Positions 17,433-27,159 of a stretch of DNA of 64,000 nucleotides are shown here, one piece after another (position 1 is the first letter of the stretch; the number at the start of each line of letters is the position of its first letter). This DNA comes from Alphaproteobacteria bacterium. GTDB lineage: Bacteria; Pseudomonadota; Alphaproteobacteria; UBA828. The notes beneath the pieces are model-generated. The model saw only the letters and a program-made list of their open reading frames with translations. It was not told where the DNA came from and ran no database searches. The position numbers and the translations under genes were made by a program. Where the stretch lies: assembly GCA_965221125.1 (NCBI GenBank), contig CBDCRW010000002.1, positions 64,001 to 128,000 of the forward strand. Reading direction: 5' to 3'.

Positions 17433-17519
17433 TGGATCAACTTATCGGGACATTCGAACATGTTATCCTCGACCAACCGACAGCATCCGGGGATTCGAAT
17501 GTCCCGGTCGATCCACTAG
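17433..17519. repeat. Imperfect palindromic intergenic element overlapping the mgsC stop codon
   Basis: CGGGACATTCGAA (17446-17458) pairs with TTCGAATGTCCCG (17494-17506). Outer TGGATC/GATCCA, ending at CTAG. Confidence 0.6.
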
Positions 17520-18883
17520 TAGCGGTTCATGTCGGGGCGGCCGACGGTGTGCTGGGAGCCGGCGAGCGGCACCTGGGCCATGGCGGAGGCCTCCATGGTG
17601 AGCGCGGCGAGGTCCTCCGGCTCCAGGCTGTGCACGTCGGTCTTGCCGCAGGCGCGCGCCATCATCTGGCATTCCAGCGTGAGCGTGTGGAGGAAGTTGT
17701 AGACCCGCTCCGCCGCCTCGTCGGGGTCGAGCCGCTTCCTGAGCTCCGGGTCCTGCGTGGCGACGCCCACGGGGCAGCGCCCGGTGTGGCAGTGGTAGCA
17801 GTAGCCGGCCTCGACGCCGATCTCGGACTCGAAGTCGGCCTCCGGGATGTCCTTGTTGCAGTTGAGCGCCATCATCACCGAGTGCCCGATGGCGCAGGCA
17901 TCGGCCCCCAATGCGAGCGCCTTGGCGATGTCGCCGCCGTTCCGCACGCCGCCAGCGTAGACGAGGCTGATCTTGCCGCTGGCGCCGAGGTCGTCGAGCG
18001 CCTTGCGCGCCTGGCGGATCGCGGCGATGCCGGGCACGCCGGTCTCCTCGGTCGCCAGATGCGGGCCGGCGCCGGTGGAGCCCTCCATGCCGTCGATGTA
18101 GATGCTGTCCGGCCCGGTCTTGATCGCCATGCGCACGTCGTCATAGACGCGGGCCGCGCCCAGCTTGAGCTGGATCGGGATCTCGGCGTTGGTGGCTTCC
18201 CTGATCTCGTTGATCTTGAGCGCGAGGTCGTCGGGCCCGAGCCAGTCCGGGTGCCGCGCCGGCGAGCGCTGGTCGATGCCGGCCGGCAGCGAGCGCATCT
18301 CCGCCACCTGGTCGGTGACCTTCTGCCCCATCAGGTGGCCGCCGAGGCCGACCTTGCAGCCCTGGCCGATAAAGAACTCGCAGGCGTCCGCGAGGCGCAG
18401 GTGGTGCGGATTGAAGCCGTAGCGCGACTGGATGCACTGGTAGAGCCACTTCTCGGAATAGCGCCGCTCGTCCGGGATCATCCCGCCCTCGCCGGAGCAG
18501 GTCGCGGTGCCGGCCATGGTGGCGCCGCGGGCGAGCGCGGTCTTGGCCTCGTACGAGAGCGCGCCGAAGCTCATGCCGGTGACGTAGACCGGGATGTCGA
18601 GCACCAGCGGGCGCTTCGCCATGGGGCCTATCACCGTCGTGGTCGTGCACTTCTCCCGGTAGCCCTCGATCACGAAGCGCGTGAGCGTGCCCGGCAGGAA
18701 GGTGAGATCGTCGAAGGTCGGGATGTTCTTGAAGAGCGAGAAGCCCCGCATCCGGTAGCGGCCGAGCTCCGCCTTGATGTGGATGTCGTCGATCACCTCC
18801 GGCGAGAAGATGCTGCTGCGCCCCAGGATGTGGCGGTTGCGGCCGGGCCGGTTGGCGACGGCTTCGCGTCTGTCGCTGGCCAT
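17516..18883 (-). CDS. mgsC: FMN-binding glutamate synthase-family protein (N-methylglutamate synthase subunit C-like)
   Basis: GMSFGALS, SGEGG, GQG.K.G.GG.L.G.KV and C.HCHTGRCPVGVATQ motifs, plus operon context. Confidence 0.88.
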   Translation of the reverse strand: MASDRREAVANRPGRNRHILGRSSIFSPEVIDDIHIKAELGRYRMRGFSLFKNIPTFDDLTFLPGTLTRFVIEGYREKCTTTTVIGPMAKRPLVLDIPVYVTGMSFGALSYEAKTALARGATMAGTATCSGEGGMIPDERRYSEKWLYQCIQSRYGFNPHHLRLADACEFFIGQGCKVGLGGHLMGQKVTDQVAEMRSLPAGIDQRSPARHPDWLGPDDLALKINEIREATNAEIPIQLKLGAARVYDDVRMAIKTGPDSIYIDGMEGSTGAGPHLATEETGVPGIAAIRQARKALDDLGASGKISLVYAGGVRNGGDIAKALALGADACAIGHSVMMALNCNKDIPEADFESEIGVEAGYCYHCHTGRCPVGVATQDPELRKRLDPDEAAERVYNFLHTLTLECQMMARACGKTDVHSLEPEDLAALTMEASAMAQVPLAGSQHTVGRPDMNRY

Positions 18884-18920
18884 GACGGACTCCTTGCAGG
18901 GTGGCGAGAGGCGCGCGCGG

Positions 18921-19772
18921 CTAGAGCGCGATCTTCTTCTCGCTCGGCTCGAGGTTGTCGTAGTTCCAGAGCTGCTTGCCGGCGACGATCTTGGTCAGGC
19001 TGCCGACGCCGCCCGGCGCCTCCATCCCGTAGGTCGAGAGCTTGCGCTCGAGCCAGCGCGCCTCGACGTCGGTGATCTCGCCGGGCACGGCGTCGACGCC
19101 GAGGGACTCGATGGTGCCGCCGACGTAGATCGTGCCGTCGTAGAGCGAATCGCCCAGGTTGGGGCCGGCGTCGCCCAGGATGACGATGCGCCCGCGCTGC
19201 ATCATGAAGCCGGTGAACGCGCCGGCGCGGCCGCCGATGAGGATGGTGCCGCCCTTCATGTCGATGCCGGTGCGCGAGCCCACGTCGCCCTTGCAGACGA
19301 GGTCGCCGCCCCGGAGCGCTGCGCCGAAGGTGGAGCCCGCGTTCTTCTCCACCACCACGACGCCGGCCATCATGTTCTCGGCGCAGGACCAGCCGACGCG
19401 GCCCTTGATGTGGATGTTGGGGCCGTCGACCAGGCCGCAGCCGAAGTAGCCGAGGCTGCCCTCGAAATCGAGCTTGAGCCGGTTGAGGATGCCGACGCCG
19501 AGGGAGTGCTTGGCCAGCGGGTTCTGCACCACGATGTGGCCGTAGCCCTCGCCCATCAGCTCGCGGATGCGGAGGTTGACGGCGGGCCCGTCCAGCTCGG
19601 CCGCGTCGATCGTCGCCTTCTTGCTGAAATCGACGGCGAAGCCCTCGGGGTAGGTGTAGTTGTCGCCTTCCTCGGGCACGAAGAAGACCTGCTGGGTGCG
19701 GCCCGCGAGCTGCTCCGCGTGCAGCCCCATGTCATGGGATTTGTGCCGGTCGTCGGCGCTCAGTTCTGCCAT
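18921..19772 (-). CDS. mgsB: GXGXG-repeat protein (N-methylglutamate synthase subunit B-like)
   Basis: GXGXG beta-helix repeats (AENMMAG, GIDMKGG, GFMMQRG). Overlaps the upstream gene. Confidence 0.85.
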   Translation of the reverse strand: MAELSADDRHKSHDMGLHAEQLAGRTQQVFFVPEEGDNYTYPEGFAVDFSKKATIDAAELDGPAVNLRIRELMGEGYGHIVVQNPLAKHSLGVGILNRLKLDFEGSLGYFGCGLVDGPNIHIKGRVGWSCAENMMAGVVVVEKNAGSTFGAALRGGDLVCKGDVGSRTGIDMKGGTILIGGRAGAFTGFMMQRGRIVILGDAGPNLGDSLYDGTIYVGGTIESLGVDAVPGEITDVEARWLERKLSTYGMEAPGGVGSLTKIVAGKQLWNYDNLEPSEKKIAL

Positions 19773-20716
19773 ACCTTGACCTCCCCCTCGTAGGGATCCC
19801 AAGTGTCGATCTCGTCGGGCATGATGCCGCGGATCGCGACCTCCTCGGAGGCGAGGCCCACGAAGTCGTCGCTCTCGTAGAGCACCATGGGCTTGGCCGC
19901 CATGGTGTCCTTCGCCATGCCGAGGCTGTCCGCCGTCGCCACCAGGTAGGTGAAGACGCCGTCGAGCTCGTTCACCGAGCGGTCCATCGCCTCCTTGAGC
20001 GCGTCGCCCTGCTCGATGCGGTCGGCGAGGTAGACGGCGATCAGCTCGGAATCGCAGTTCGACATGAAGCGGTGGCCCCGGTGCTCCAGCGCCCGGCGGA
20101 ACTTCCAGTAGTTGGTGAGCTGGCCGTTGTGGACCACGGAGATGTCGTTGAAGGGATAGGCCCAGTAGGGATGGGCCGAGCGGATGTCGACGTCCGATTC
20201 CGTCGCCATCCGGGTGTGCCCGATGGCGTGGGTGCCCCGGAAGCCGGCGAGGCTGTACTGCTCGCTCACGATGCCGGCGTCGCCCAGGTCCTTGATCAGC
20301 TCCAGCGCGCGGCCGAGGGAGAGGATCTCCGCCCCTTCCACGTCCTCGATGTAGTCGGCGAAGCGCTTGAGCCGCTGCTGGCCGCCGTCGTCGTCAGCGG
20401 GGAAGCGCAGGCCGTAGCGGAAGGCGTACTCGGTCGCCTGCTCCTCGCCGACGATCTCCACGTCCATGCTGCGGATGCGCGCGTCGACCTCCGCCTTGCG
20501 GTCCTTGATCTGCCGGTGGATTTCGAAGCCCTTGCCGATGTCCTCCTGCTCCGCCACCTTGAAGCGCATCACGTGGTCGCTCTCGACCGGGATGCCGTAG
20601 ATGGCGAAGCCGGTGGAATCCGGCCCGCGGTGCTTGAGCGCCTGCAGCATCGTGGTCATCTCCGAGCCGATGTCGCCGCTCGATCCGCGATGGATCAGTC
20701 CTGCTATCCCGCACAT
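19760..20716 (-). CDS. mgsA: Class II glutamine amidotransferase (N-methylglutamate synthase subunit A-like)
   Basis: MCGIAG N-terminal Cys, HRGPDS.G, GHTRMATES and VHNG motifs. Confidence 0.88.
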   Translation of the reverse strand: MCGIAGLIHRGSSGDIGSEMTTMLQALKHRGPDSTGFAIYGIPVESDHVMRFKVAEQEDIGKGFEIHRQIKDRKAEVDARIRSMDVEIVGEEQATEYAFRYGLRFPADDDGGQQRLKRFADYIEDVEGAEILSLGRALELIKDLGDAGIVSEQYSLAGFRGTHAIGHTRMATESDVDIRSAHPYWAYPFNDISVVHNGQLTNYWKFRRALEHRGHRFMSNCDSELIAVYLADRIEQGDALKEAMDRSVNELDGVFTYLVATADSLGMAKDTMAAKPMVLYESDDFVGLASEEVAIRGIMPDEIDTWDPYEGEVKVWQN

Positions 20717-20749
20717 GGGCGCCTCGTCTTTCGCTTCCGTTAGGGCAGG

Positions 20750-22219
20750 CTAAGGCAGGCAGTCGAGATAGGTCTCGACGTCCCACTCGGTGACGGTGGA
20801 CATGAAGCGCTCCCACTCGTCCCGCTTGTAGTGCATGAAGACCTTGAACATCTCGTCCGGCAGCGCGGCCTTGATGACCTCGTCCCGCTCCAGCGCATCG
20901 AGCGCCTCGCCCAAGGACATCGGCAGCTTCTTCACCAGCTTGCCGGCTTCCATGGCCTGGTAGATGTTGCGCTCCTCCGGCTCGCCGGGGTCGAGATCGC
21001 GCGAGATGCCGTCGTCAAAGGCCTTGAGGATCGTGGCCGCCATCAGATACGGATTGACCATCGAATCGACCGAGCGGTACTCGAAACGGCCGGGCGCGGA
21101 GACGCGCAAGCCGCAGGTCCGGTTCTGATAGCCCCAGTCGGCGAAGACCGGCGCCCAGAAGCCGGTATCCCAGAGGCGCCGGTAGGAGTTGACCGTCGAC
21201 GAGCCGAGGGCGGTGAGCGCGGCGAGATGCTCCATCACGCCGCCGATGCAGTTCAGCCCGACCGGGCCCGGCTTGTGGTCGTCGATGGAGGGGTCGGGCA
21301 TGAACAGGTTGTCGCCGCCCTTCCAGTAGCTGAACGTGTCCTCCAGGCCGGGCATCGGGTCCTGGTGCAGCGCGTTGACGCGCTGCTCGCCGCCGGTCCA
21401 GAGCGAGACGTTGTGGTGGCAGCCGCTCGCGGAGACCCCCATGAAGGGCTTCGACATGAAGCAGGCGATGACGCCGTGCTCGCGCGCGACCTGGGCGCAG
21501 ATCTGGCGGTAGGTGGTGAGCCGGTCGGCGGTCCTGAGCGCGTCGTCGTAGGTGAAGTTGAGTTCGAGCTGGCCGGGCGCGTCCTCGTGGTCGCCCTGGA
21601 TCATGTCGAGCCCCATGGCCTGGCCGTACTCGATCACCTGCATGAAGATCGGGCGCAGTTCCTCGAACTGGTCGATGTGGTAGCAGTTGGGCTTGGTCAC
21701 GCCGCCGTCGGCGCCGCCGTCCGCGCCCCGCTTCAGCCACATCATCTCGGGCTCGGTGCCGTGGCGCATCTGCATTCCGTGCTTGGCCTGGAACTCATCG
21801 TGGATGATGCGCAGGTTGCCGCGGCAATCCGACGTGAGGTGCCCGCCGGGGTTCTCGCGCTCCTCGCGGTTGCGGAAGCAGGTGCAGAAGACGCGGGCCA
21901 CGCGCTTGTCCCAGGGCAGCTGCACGAAGGTCTCGGGGTCCGGGATGCCGACCAATTCCGAGGCTTCCGGCCCGTAGCCGATGTAGTTGGAGTGGCGGTC
22001 GGTGAAGAGGTTGGCGGTCGAGCCGTAGACGAGCTGGAAGCCCCGCTCCGCGATCTGCTCCCAGTGATCGGCGGGGATGCCCTTGCCGACGATCCGCCCG
22101 GTGACGGACACGAACTGGTAGTAGATGTAGGTGACGCCGAGCTCGTCGATCTTGGCGCGCACCTGGCGCACCAGCTCGTCCCGGCCCTCTGCGTTCACGT
22201 GGGCTTCAAGATCGGTCAT
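20750..22219 (-). CDS. gmaS: Glutamine synthetase-like protein, probable gamma-glutamylmethylamide synthetase
   Basis: GTEPE, DHEDAPGQLE, FMSKP...ASGCH, NSYRRL, QNRT..LR and E.RS.D motifs. Substrate inferred from the adjacent mgsABC. Confidence 0.72.
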   Translation of the reverse strand: MTDLEAHVNAEGRDELVRQVRAKIDELGVTYIYYQFVSVTGRIVGKGIPADHWEQIAERGFQLVYGSTANLFTDRHSNYIGYGPEASELVGIPDPETFVQLPWDKRVARVFCTCFRNREERENPGGHLTSDCRGNLRIIHDEFQAKHGMQMRHGTEPEMMWLKRGADGGADGGVTKPNCYHIDQFEELRPIFMQVIEYGQAMGLDMIQGDHEDAPGQLELNFTYDDALRTADRLTTYRQICAQVAREHGVIACFMSKPFMGVSASGCHHNVSLWTGGEQRVNALHQDPMPGLEDTFSYWKGGDNLFMPDPSIDDHKPGPVGLNCIGGVMEHLAALTALGSSTVNSYRRLWDTGFWAPVFADWGYQNRTCGLRVSAPGRFEYRSVDSMVNPYLMAATILKAFDDGISRDLDPGEPEERNIYQAMEAGKLVKKLPMSLGEALDALERDEVIKAALPDEMFKVFMHYKRDEWERFMSTVTEWDVETYLDCLP

Positions 22220-22252
22220 CTCCGCATCCTCCCTGGCGATCGGCGGGTCCCG

Positions 22253-23596
22253 TCAGCTCCACGGGAAGGGGCTGTTGGAGACCGGATGAAGGCGGCCCTC
22301 CGCAAAGCGCGAGAAGCGGAAGGGCTCGAGCAGGGCGCTTTCGCGGCCCATCAGCTCGTCCGCCACCAGCTTGCCGACGGCGAGCATCTTGTAGCCGTGG
22401 TTCGAATCGGCGACCACGTAGCAGTTCTCGCGGAAGCGGTCGAACACGGGAAAGCTGTCGGCGGTAAACGCGCCGATGCCGCCGGAGGGCTCGTCGAGCC
22501 AGCGCCCGATCTGGCCGCTGTAGCGGCTCTGGCAGAAGGCGAGCGCCGAGCACCACATCTCCCTGAACTCGCCATCGACCACGAACTCGGGCGACTCCGG
22601 CCCGTAGGGGTCGATGGCTACGTCGGGCACCGGGGTCTTCACCTTGTAGGGCGCGGCCCCGCCCTGGACGCCGCCGAAGTTGAAGTCCGGCTTGTAGTAG
22701 ATGCCCCACATCTCGTCGGTGATCAGCCTGCCGTCCACGTCGGAATAGAGCGGCTCGTTGGAATCGACGTGGATGACCGGCGGCATCGACCCGTCGTCGG
22801 CCATGCCGAGGGAGGGCTCGACCGCAATCGTCCCTTCCTGCAGGCACCAGAAGCGCCACATGTCGACGTCGCGATGCAGCGTGCCCTCAAGGTCCTTCAC
22901 GTCGATCCGCTCCGGCAGGTCGAGCATCTCCCAGATGCGCGGTACCCAGGGGCCGACGGCGACGACCACCTGATCGACGCCGATGGAGCCCTGGTCGGTC
23001 TCCACCTGCGTCACCGCCCTGGAGTTGGCGCCGAAGCCGAAGCCCTTGACCTCGACCCCGGTGAGGATGCGCACGCCGGTGCCCCGCGCCTTGTCCGCGA
23101 GCCCGTGCATGGAGGCCTTGTTGTGGGCGTAGCCGCCCCTCTTCTCGTGCAGGACCGAGGTGATGCCGGGCGCCTGCCAGTCGGCGAACAGCTTCCGCAT
23201 GTACGCCCTGCAGTCCGCCTCGCCCTCGATGAACTCGGATTCGTAGCCGATCTCGCGCTGCTGCGCGGCGATCTCGGCGACGTCGGCGTGCATGCTCTCG
23301 GGGCTGATCTGCATGTAGCCCACGGGGTGGTAGTGGTAGGCCTCGGGGTCTTCCTCCCAAGCCTCCACGCAGGCCGCCATCAGCTCGCGCATCGCCGGCT
23401 GGTAGTAGTTGTTGCGGATGACGCCGCAGGCGATGCCCGAGGCGCCGGCCGCGATGTCGGACTTGTCCACGATCGCGATGTCCGCACCGCTGCCGCTGCC
23501 CTGCGCCTTCAGCGCGAGCGCAAGGTGATAGGCGGTGCTGAGGCCGTGGATCCCGGCCCCGATGATCAGATACTTGACGTGGCCCGGAAGCGTCAT
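22253..23596 (-). CDS. FAD-dependent oxidoreductase (DAO / sarcosine oxidase beta / MgdA-like)
   Basis: IIGAGIHGLSTAYHL, GASG...G.IR.NY and T.D..PV motifs. Confidence 0.85.
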   Translation of the reverse strand: MTLPGHVKYLIIGAGIHGLSTAYHLALALKAQGSGSGADIAIVDKSDIAAGASGIACGVIRNNYYQPAMRELMAACVEAWEEDPEAYHYHPVGYMQISPESMHADVAEIAAQQREIGYESEFIEGEADCRAYMRKLFADWQAPGITSVLHEKRGGYAHNKASMHGLADKARGTGVRILTGVEVKGFGFGANSRAVTQVETDQGSIGVDQVVVAVGPWVPRIWEMLDLPERIDVKDLEGTLHRDVDMWRFWCLQEGTIAVEPSLGMADDGSMPPVIHVDSNEPLYSDVDGRLITDEMWGIYYKPDFNFGGVQGGAAPYKVKTPVPDVAIDPYGPESPEFVVDGEFREMWCSALAFCQSRYSGQIGRWLDEPSGGIGAFTADSFPVFDRFRENCYVVADSNHGYKMLAVGKLVADELMGRESALLEPFRFSRFAEGRLHPVSNSPFPWS

Positions 23597-23659
23597 CTGT
23601 TCCTTCTCCCGACCTTGATCGGCCGATGTTCCGGGGGCGCACTCAAGCGGGCAGCCCCC

Positions 23660-23712
23660 TTTTTGTCAAGCCAATTGTGCCCCGATCGGAGCGACCAATT
23701 GTGAACCAATAT
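23660..23712. promoter_or_regulatory. Divergent promoter region with candidate GntR/FadR operators
   Basis: AT-richer patch with CCAAT three times, CCAATTGTG at 23671 and 23695, and minus-strand TTGACA at 23664-23669. Confidence 0.4.
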
Positions 23713-23853
23713 GAATGAATGGTTGAACGCAGCGCAAAAATTGACTAAAGCAAAGGGGCCCGCATGCGGCCTGTCTCGTGGCGTGAGGCGTTTTGGGAGG
23801 CGATTTGGGTCACGGGCCGGCGGGCGGCACGCAACGAAAAACGGGCTGACGCC

Positions 23854-24573
23854 ATGCAGCTGGAAAGCACACGGTTGAGTAACGAGAACGGCGGAATCCC
23901 GAGACCGGCCGATTCGGCGGCCGACTCGATCGCCGCGCAGCTCGCGCGGCAGATCCTCGACGGCTCGCTCGCCATGGGCGACCGCCTGCCGCCGGAGCGC
24001 AGCCTCGCCGAATCCTTCTCCGCCTCGCGCGGCACGGTACGCGAGGCCCTGCGCTCGCTCAGCGCGCGCGGGCTGGTGGCGCGCCGCGTCGGCAGCGGCA
24101 CCTTCGTCATCTACGAGCCGGACTCGGGCGAGACCGACGTCTCCGAGATCACCTCGCCGCTGGAACTGGTCGAGGTCCGCGCCGCCATCGAGCCGCAGAT
24201 GGCCCGCCTTGCGGTGCGCAACGCCACGGCCCGCGACATGGCCGCGCTGGAACGCGCGGTGGCCGAGATGGAGGGCGTGGACGACGCCGAGAGCTTCTCG
24301 CTCGCCGACGAGATGTTCCACCTGCGGCTGGCCGAGGCCACGCACAACCCGCTGATTGTCGAGATCTATCACCGCATCAACCACGTCCGCGCCCACCAGC
24401 AGTGGGATTCGATCAAGAACAAGATCCTGACGCCGGCGCAGATCACCGCGTACAACGCCGAGCACCGCGACCTGCTCCTGGCCCTCTCCCGCCGCGATGC
24501 CGAGCGTGCGGTGGAGGTCCTGTCCGCCCACATGGAGCGCGCCCGCGCCGACCTGCTGGCCAGCGTCGGCTGA
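23854..24573 (+). CDS. GntR/FadR family transcriptional regulator
   Basis: GDRLPPER.LA..F..SR.TVREAL wHTH and FCD domain (D..FH..LA.A.HN). Confidence 0.93.
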   Translation: MQLESTRLSNENGGIPRPADSAADSIAAQLARQILDGSLAMGDRLPPERSLAESFSASRGTVREALRSLSARGLVARRVGSGTFVIYEPDSGETDVSEITSPLELVEVRAAIEPQMARLAVRNATARDMAALERAVAEMEGVDDAESFSLADEMFHLRLAEATHNPLIVEIYHRINHVRAHQQWDSIKNKILTPAQITAYNAEHRDLLLALSRRDAERAVEVLSAHMERARADLLASVG

Positions 24574-24640
24574 TCCGCCCACCTGCGGCGGGCATCCCCC
24601 GTGGCGATTTCGGGGTGAGACGCCGCCCCGATTGTGTTTA

Positions 24641-24656
24641 GATTGCCCGGACAATC
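24641..24656. promoter_or_regulatory. Near-palindrome GATTGCCCGGACAATC, candidate operator of the ABC operon
   Basis: 14/16 self-complementary, ~110 bp upstream of the solute-binding protein start. Confidence 0.4.
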
Positions 24657-24764
24657 GCGTCCGCTCCGTCACGGAGCGCGCGCGTCGCGTCATGACTTAT
24701 CGCCGTTGCCTGAAACGGGGCTGGACGCGGGCCCTGCCGCGCGGCGCCATATGGGGAGACGACC

Positions 24765-25958
24765 ATGAACGAGGACAAACTTCTCAAGCAGATGGTGAAG
24801 CGCGACCCGGTGCGCGGTGCGGCCGCCACCCGGCGCCAGGTGCTGCAGGGCATCGGCGCAGGCGCGCTGGCGCTCGGCGCGGGCGGCGCTTTCGCGGGCC
24901 GGGCCCGGGCCGCCGACGAGCTCACGATGCTGACCTGGGACGGCTACGTCGACCCCCGCGTGCTCGACGGCTTCACCGAGCAGTACGACACCGGCATCAA
25001 GTACGAGCTGCACACCTCGGACCCGGATTCGGTCAACAAACTCCGCGCGGGCGAGACCGCGATCTGGGACATCATCAACCTGAACAACCCGTGGGCGCGC
25101 GAGATGATGTGGCCGGAAGGGCTGATCGTCGAGCTCGACCGTGCCCGCTTCGAGCCCTACTTCGACGCGATGCTGCCGATGTTCAAGCCGCCCTACAAGT
25201 GGGCGATGAGCCTCGACAACGAGCATCTGCTGGGCGTCTGCCAGCGCGTGGATACCTTCGACTTCGTGGTCAACACCGACGTGATCTCGGCCGACATGGC
25301 GAAGGACGAAGGCTGGGATCTGTTCAACAATCCCGACATGGAAGGCCGCTACGGCATCCTCGCCTACGACAACTGGAACATCATGCACATCTGCATGGCC
25401 GCCGGCCTGCATCCGTTCAAGGAGAAGACCGACGACGAGGTCGCGATCTTCGAGGAGGCGGCAAGACGCCTCATCAACGGCGCGAAGATGGTCTCGGACG
25501 ACTTCGTCGCCGTGAACCTCGCCGTGATCAACGACGAGATCGACATGTACTTCGGCGGCGGCACCTACTCGATCTCGGCGGCCCGGCTCGACGGGCTCAC
25601 CAACCTCTACCACGTGGTGCCGAAGAGCGGGCCTGCCGACGGCAAGGGCGGGATCAACTGGATCGAGCTCAGCTCGGTGGTGAACAATCCCGACCTGCAC
25701 CCCAAGGCCATGGACTGGATGGAGTACATCCTCCAGCCCGATACCTCCTACGCCGTGGCGACGGCCGGCGGCTTCCTGCTCCCGGTGGGGCAGATGTCGC
25801 AGCCGGAGCTGCTCGCCAAGTTCACGGCGGAAGAGCTCGACTCCTTCCAGTGGGACGAGTTCGACTACCGCATCTCGCACTCCGTCGAGTACGACGTGGT
25901 GCCGGACTACAACCGGCTCTACGACATCTACACGGCGGCGCGGCGCGAGAAGTCGTAA
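24765..25958 (+). CDS. ABC transporter solute-binding protein, PotD/PotF-like, Tat-exported
   Basis: TRRQVL twin-arginine signal and L..LTWDGY motif. Confidence 0.88.
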   Translation: MNEDKLLKQMVKRDPVRGAAATRRQVLQGIGAGALALGAGGAFAGRARAADELTMLTWDGYVDPRVLDGFTEQYDTGIKYELHTSDPDSVNKLRAGETAIWDIINLNNPWAREMMWPEGLIVELDRARFEPYFDAMLPMFKPPYKWAMSLDNEHLLGVCQRVDTFDFVVNTDVISADMAKDEGWDLFNNPDMEGRYGILAYDNWNIMHICMAAGLHPFKEKTDDEVAIFEEAARRLINGAKMVSDDFVAVNLAVINDEIDMYFGGGTYSISAARLDGLTNLYHVVPKSGPADGKGGINWIELSSVVNNPDLHPKAMDWMEYILQPDTSYAVATAGGFLLPVGQMSQPELLAKFTAEELDSFQWDEFDYRISHSVEYDVVPDYNRLYDIYTAARREKS

Positions 25959-26081
25959 ATCCGGCCGGCTGCGGCGGGGGCGTGCGGCGGCTGAGGCCGC
26001 GCGCCCCCGCCCCGATCGCACGCCCGGCCGCACCCGGCCGGGCGGCGGTGCATTTGCGGAGAGAGAATCGAGTCGAGCGCC

Positions 26082-27149
26082 ATGGTGGATGCCGCGCCTA
26101 TCCTGCGCATGGTCAACCTGACCAAGCAGTTCGGCCGACTGGTCGCCGTGAACGACGTCACCCTCGACATCCAGGAGGGCGAGTTCTTCACCATCGTGGG
26201 CCCGTCCGGCAGCGGCAAGACCACGCTGCTGCGCATGCTGGGCGGGCTGGAGAAGCCGACGGCGGGCGATATCTACCTGCGCGACGAGCGGGTCAACCGG
26301 GTGCCCGCCAACCGGCGCCCGACCTGCATGGTCTTCCAGTCCTTGGCCCTCTTCAACCACAAGACCGTGGGCCAGAACATCGAGTTCTCGCTGAAGATGC
26401 GGGGCGAGAGCCGCCGCGCCCGCCGCGAGCGCGGTCTCTCGCTCATGAACGTGGTCCAGCTGCCGGAGGACTTCTACGACAAGTCCGTCACCAAGTGCTC
26501 GGGAGGTGAGCGCCAGCGCGTGGCGCTGGCCCGTGCTTTGGCTTCCGACCCGGACATCCTGTTCTTCGACGAGCCGCTCTCCGCCATCGACTACCGCCTG
26601 CGCAAGCTGCTCGAGGTCGAGCTCAAGGACCTCCACCGCACCACCGGCAAGACCTTCGTCTACATCACCCACTCCCTCGAGGAGGCGATGGTGATGAGCG
26701 ACCGCATCGGCATCATGCAGGAGGGCCGCCTGATCCAGATCGGCTCGCCCAACGAGATCTACCTGCAGCCGCGCAACAAGTTCGTCTCCGAGTTCATGGG
26801 CGAGGTGAACACCCTTGCGGTGCACGCGGGCGCGGACGGCGGCATCGACTGCCCCGCCTTCGAGCGCCGCTTCACCAGCCCGGCCCGGCCGGACGGCTTC
26901 GCCAGCGGCTACCTGGTGATCCGGCCCGAATCGATGCGCTTCCTGAACGATCCTTCCGAAGCCGAGAACCATCTCGAGGGCTCGCTCTTCAACGAGTATG
27001 CGCTCGGCTCGCGCGTGCAGTACCACGTGAGCGCGGGTGGCTCGATGTTCGTCGTCGAGAAGCTCCGCGAGCAGGCCTATCGGGGCGCGCTCAACGACGA
27101 CGTGCTGATCGGCTGGGACGCCAAGGACAGCGTGCTCGTGACCGACTGA
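26082..27149 (+). CDS. ABC transporter ATP-binding protein, PotA-like
   Basis: GPSGSGKT, SGGERQRVALARAL, DEP and ITH motifs. Confidence 0.93.
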   Translation: MVDAAPILRMVNLTKQFGRLVAVNDVTLDIQEGEFFTIVGPSGSGKTTLLRMLGGLEKPTAGDIYLRDERVNRVPANRRPTCMVFQSLALFNHKTVGQNIEFSLKMRGESRRARRERGLSLMNVVQLPEDFYDKSVTKCSGGERQRVALARALASDPDILFFDEPLSAIDYRLRKLLEVELKDLHRTTGKTFVYITHSLEEAMVMSDRIGIMQEGRLIQIGSPNEIYLQPRNKFVSEFMGEVNTLAVHAGADGGIDCPAFERRFTSPARPDGFASGYLVIRPESMRFLNDPSEAENHLEGSLFNEYALGSRVQYHVSAGGSMFVVEKLREQAYRGALNDDVLIGWDAKDSVLVTD

Positions 27150-27159
27150 TGGCCGGCTG

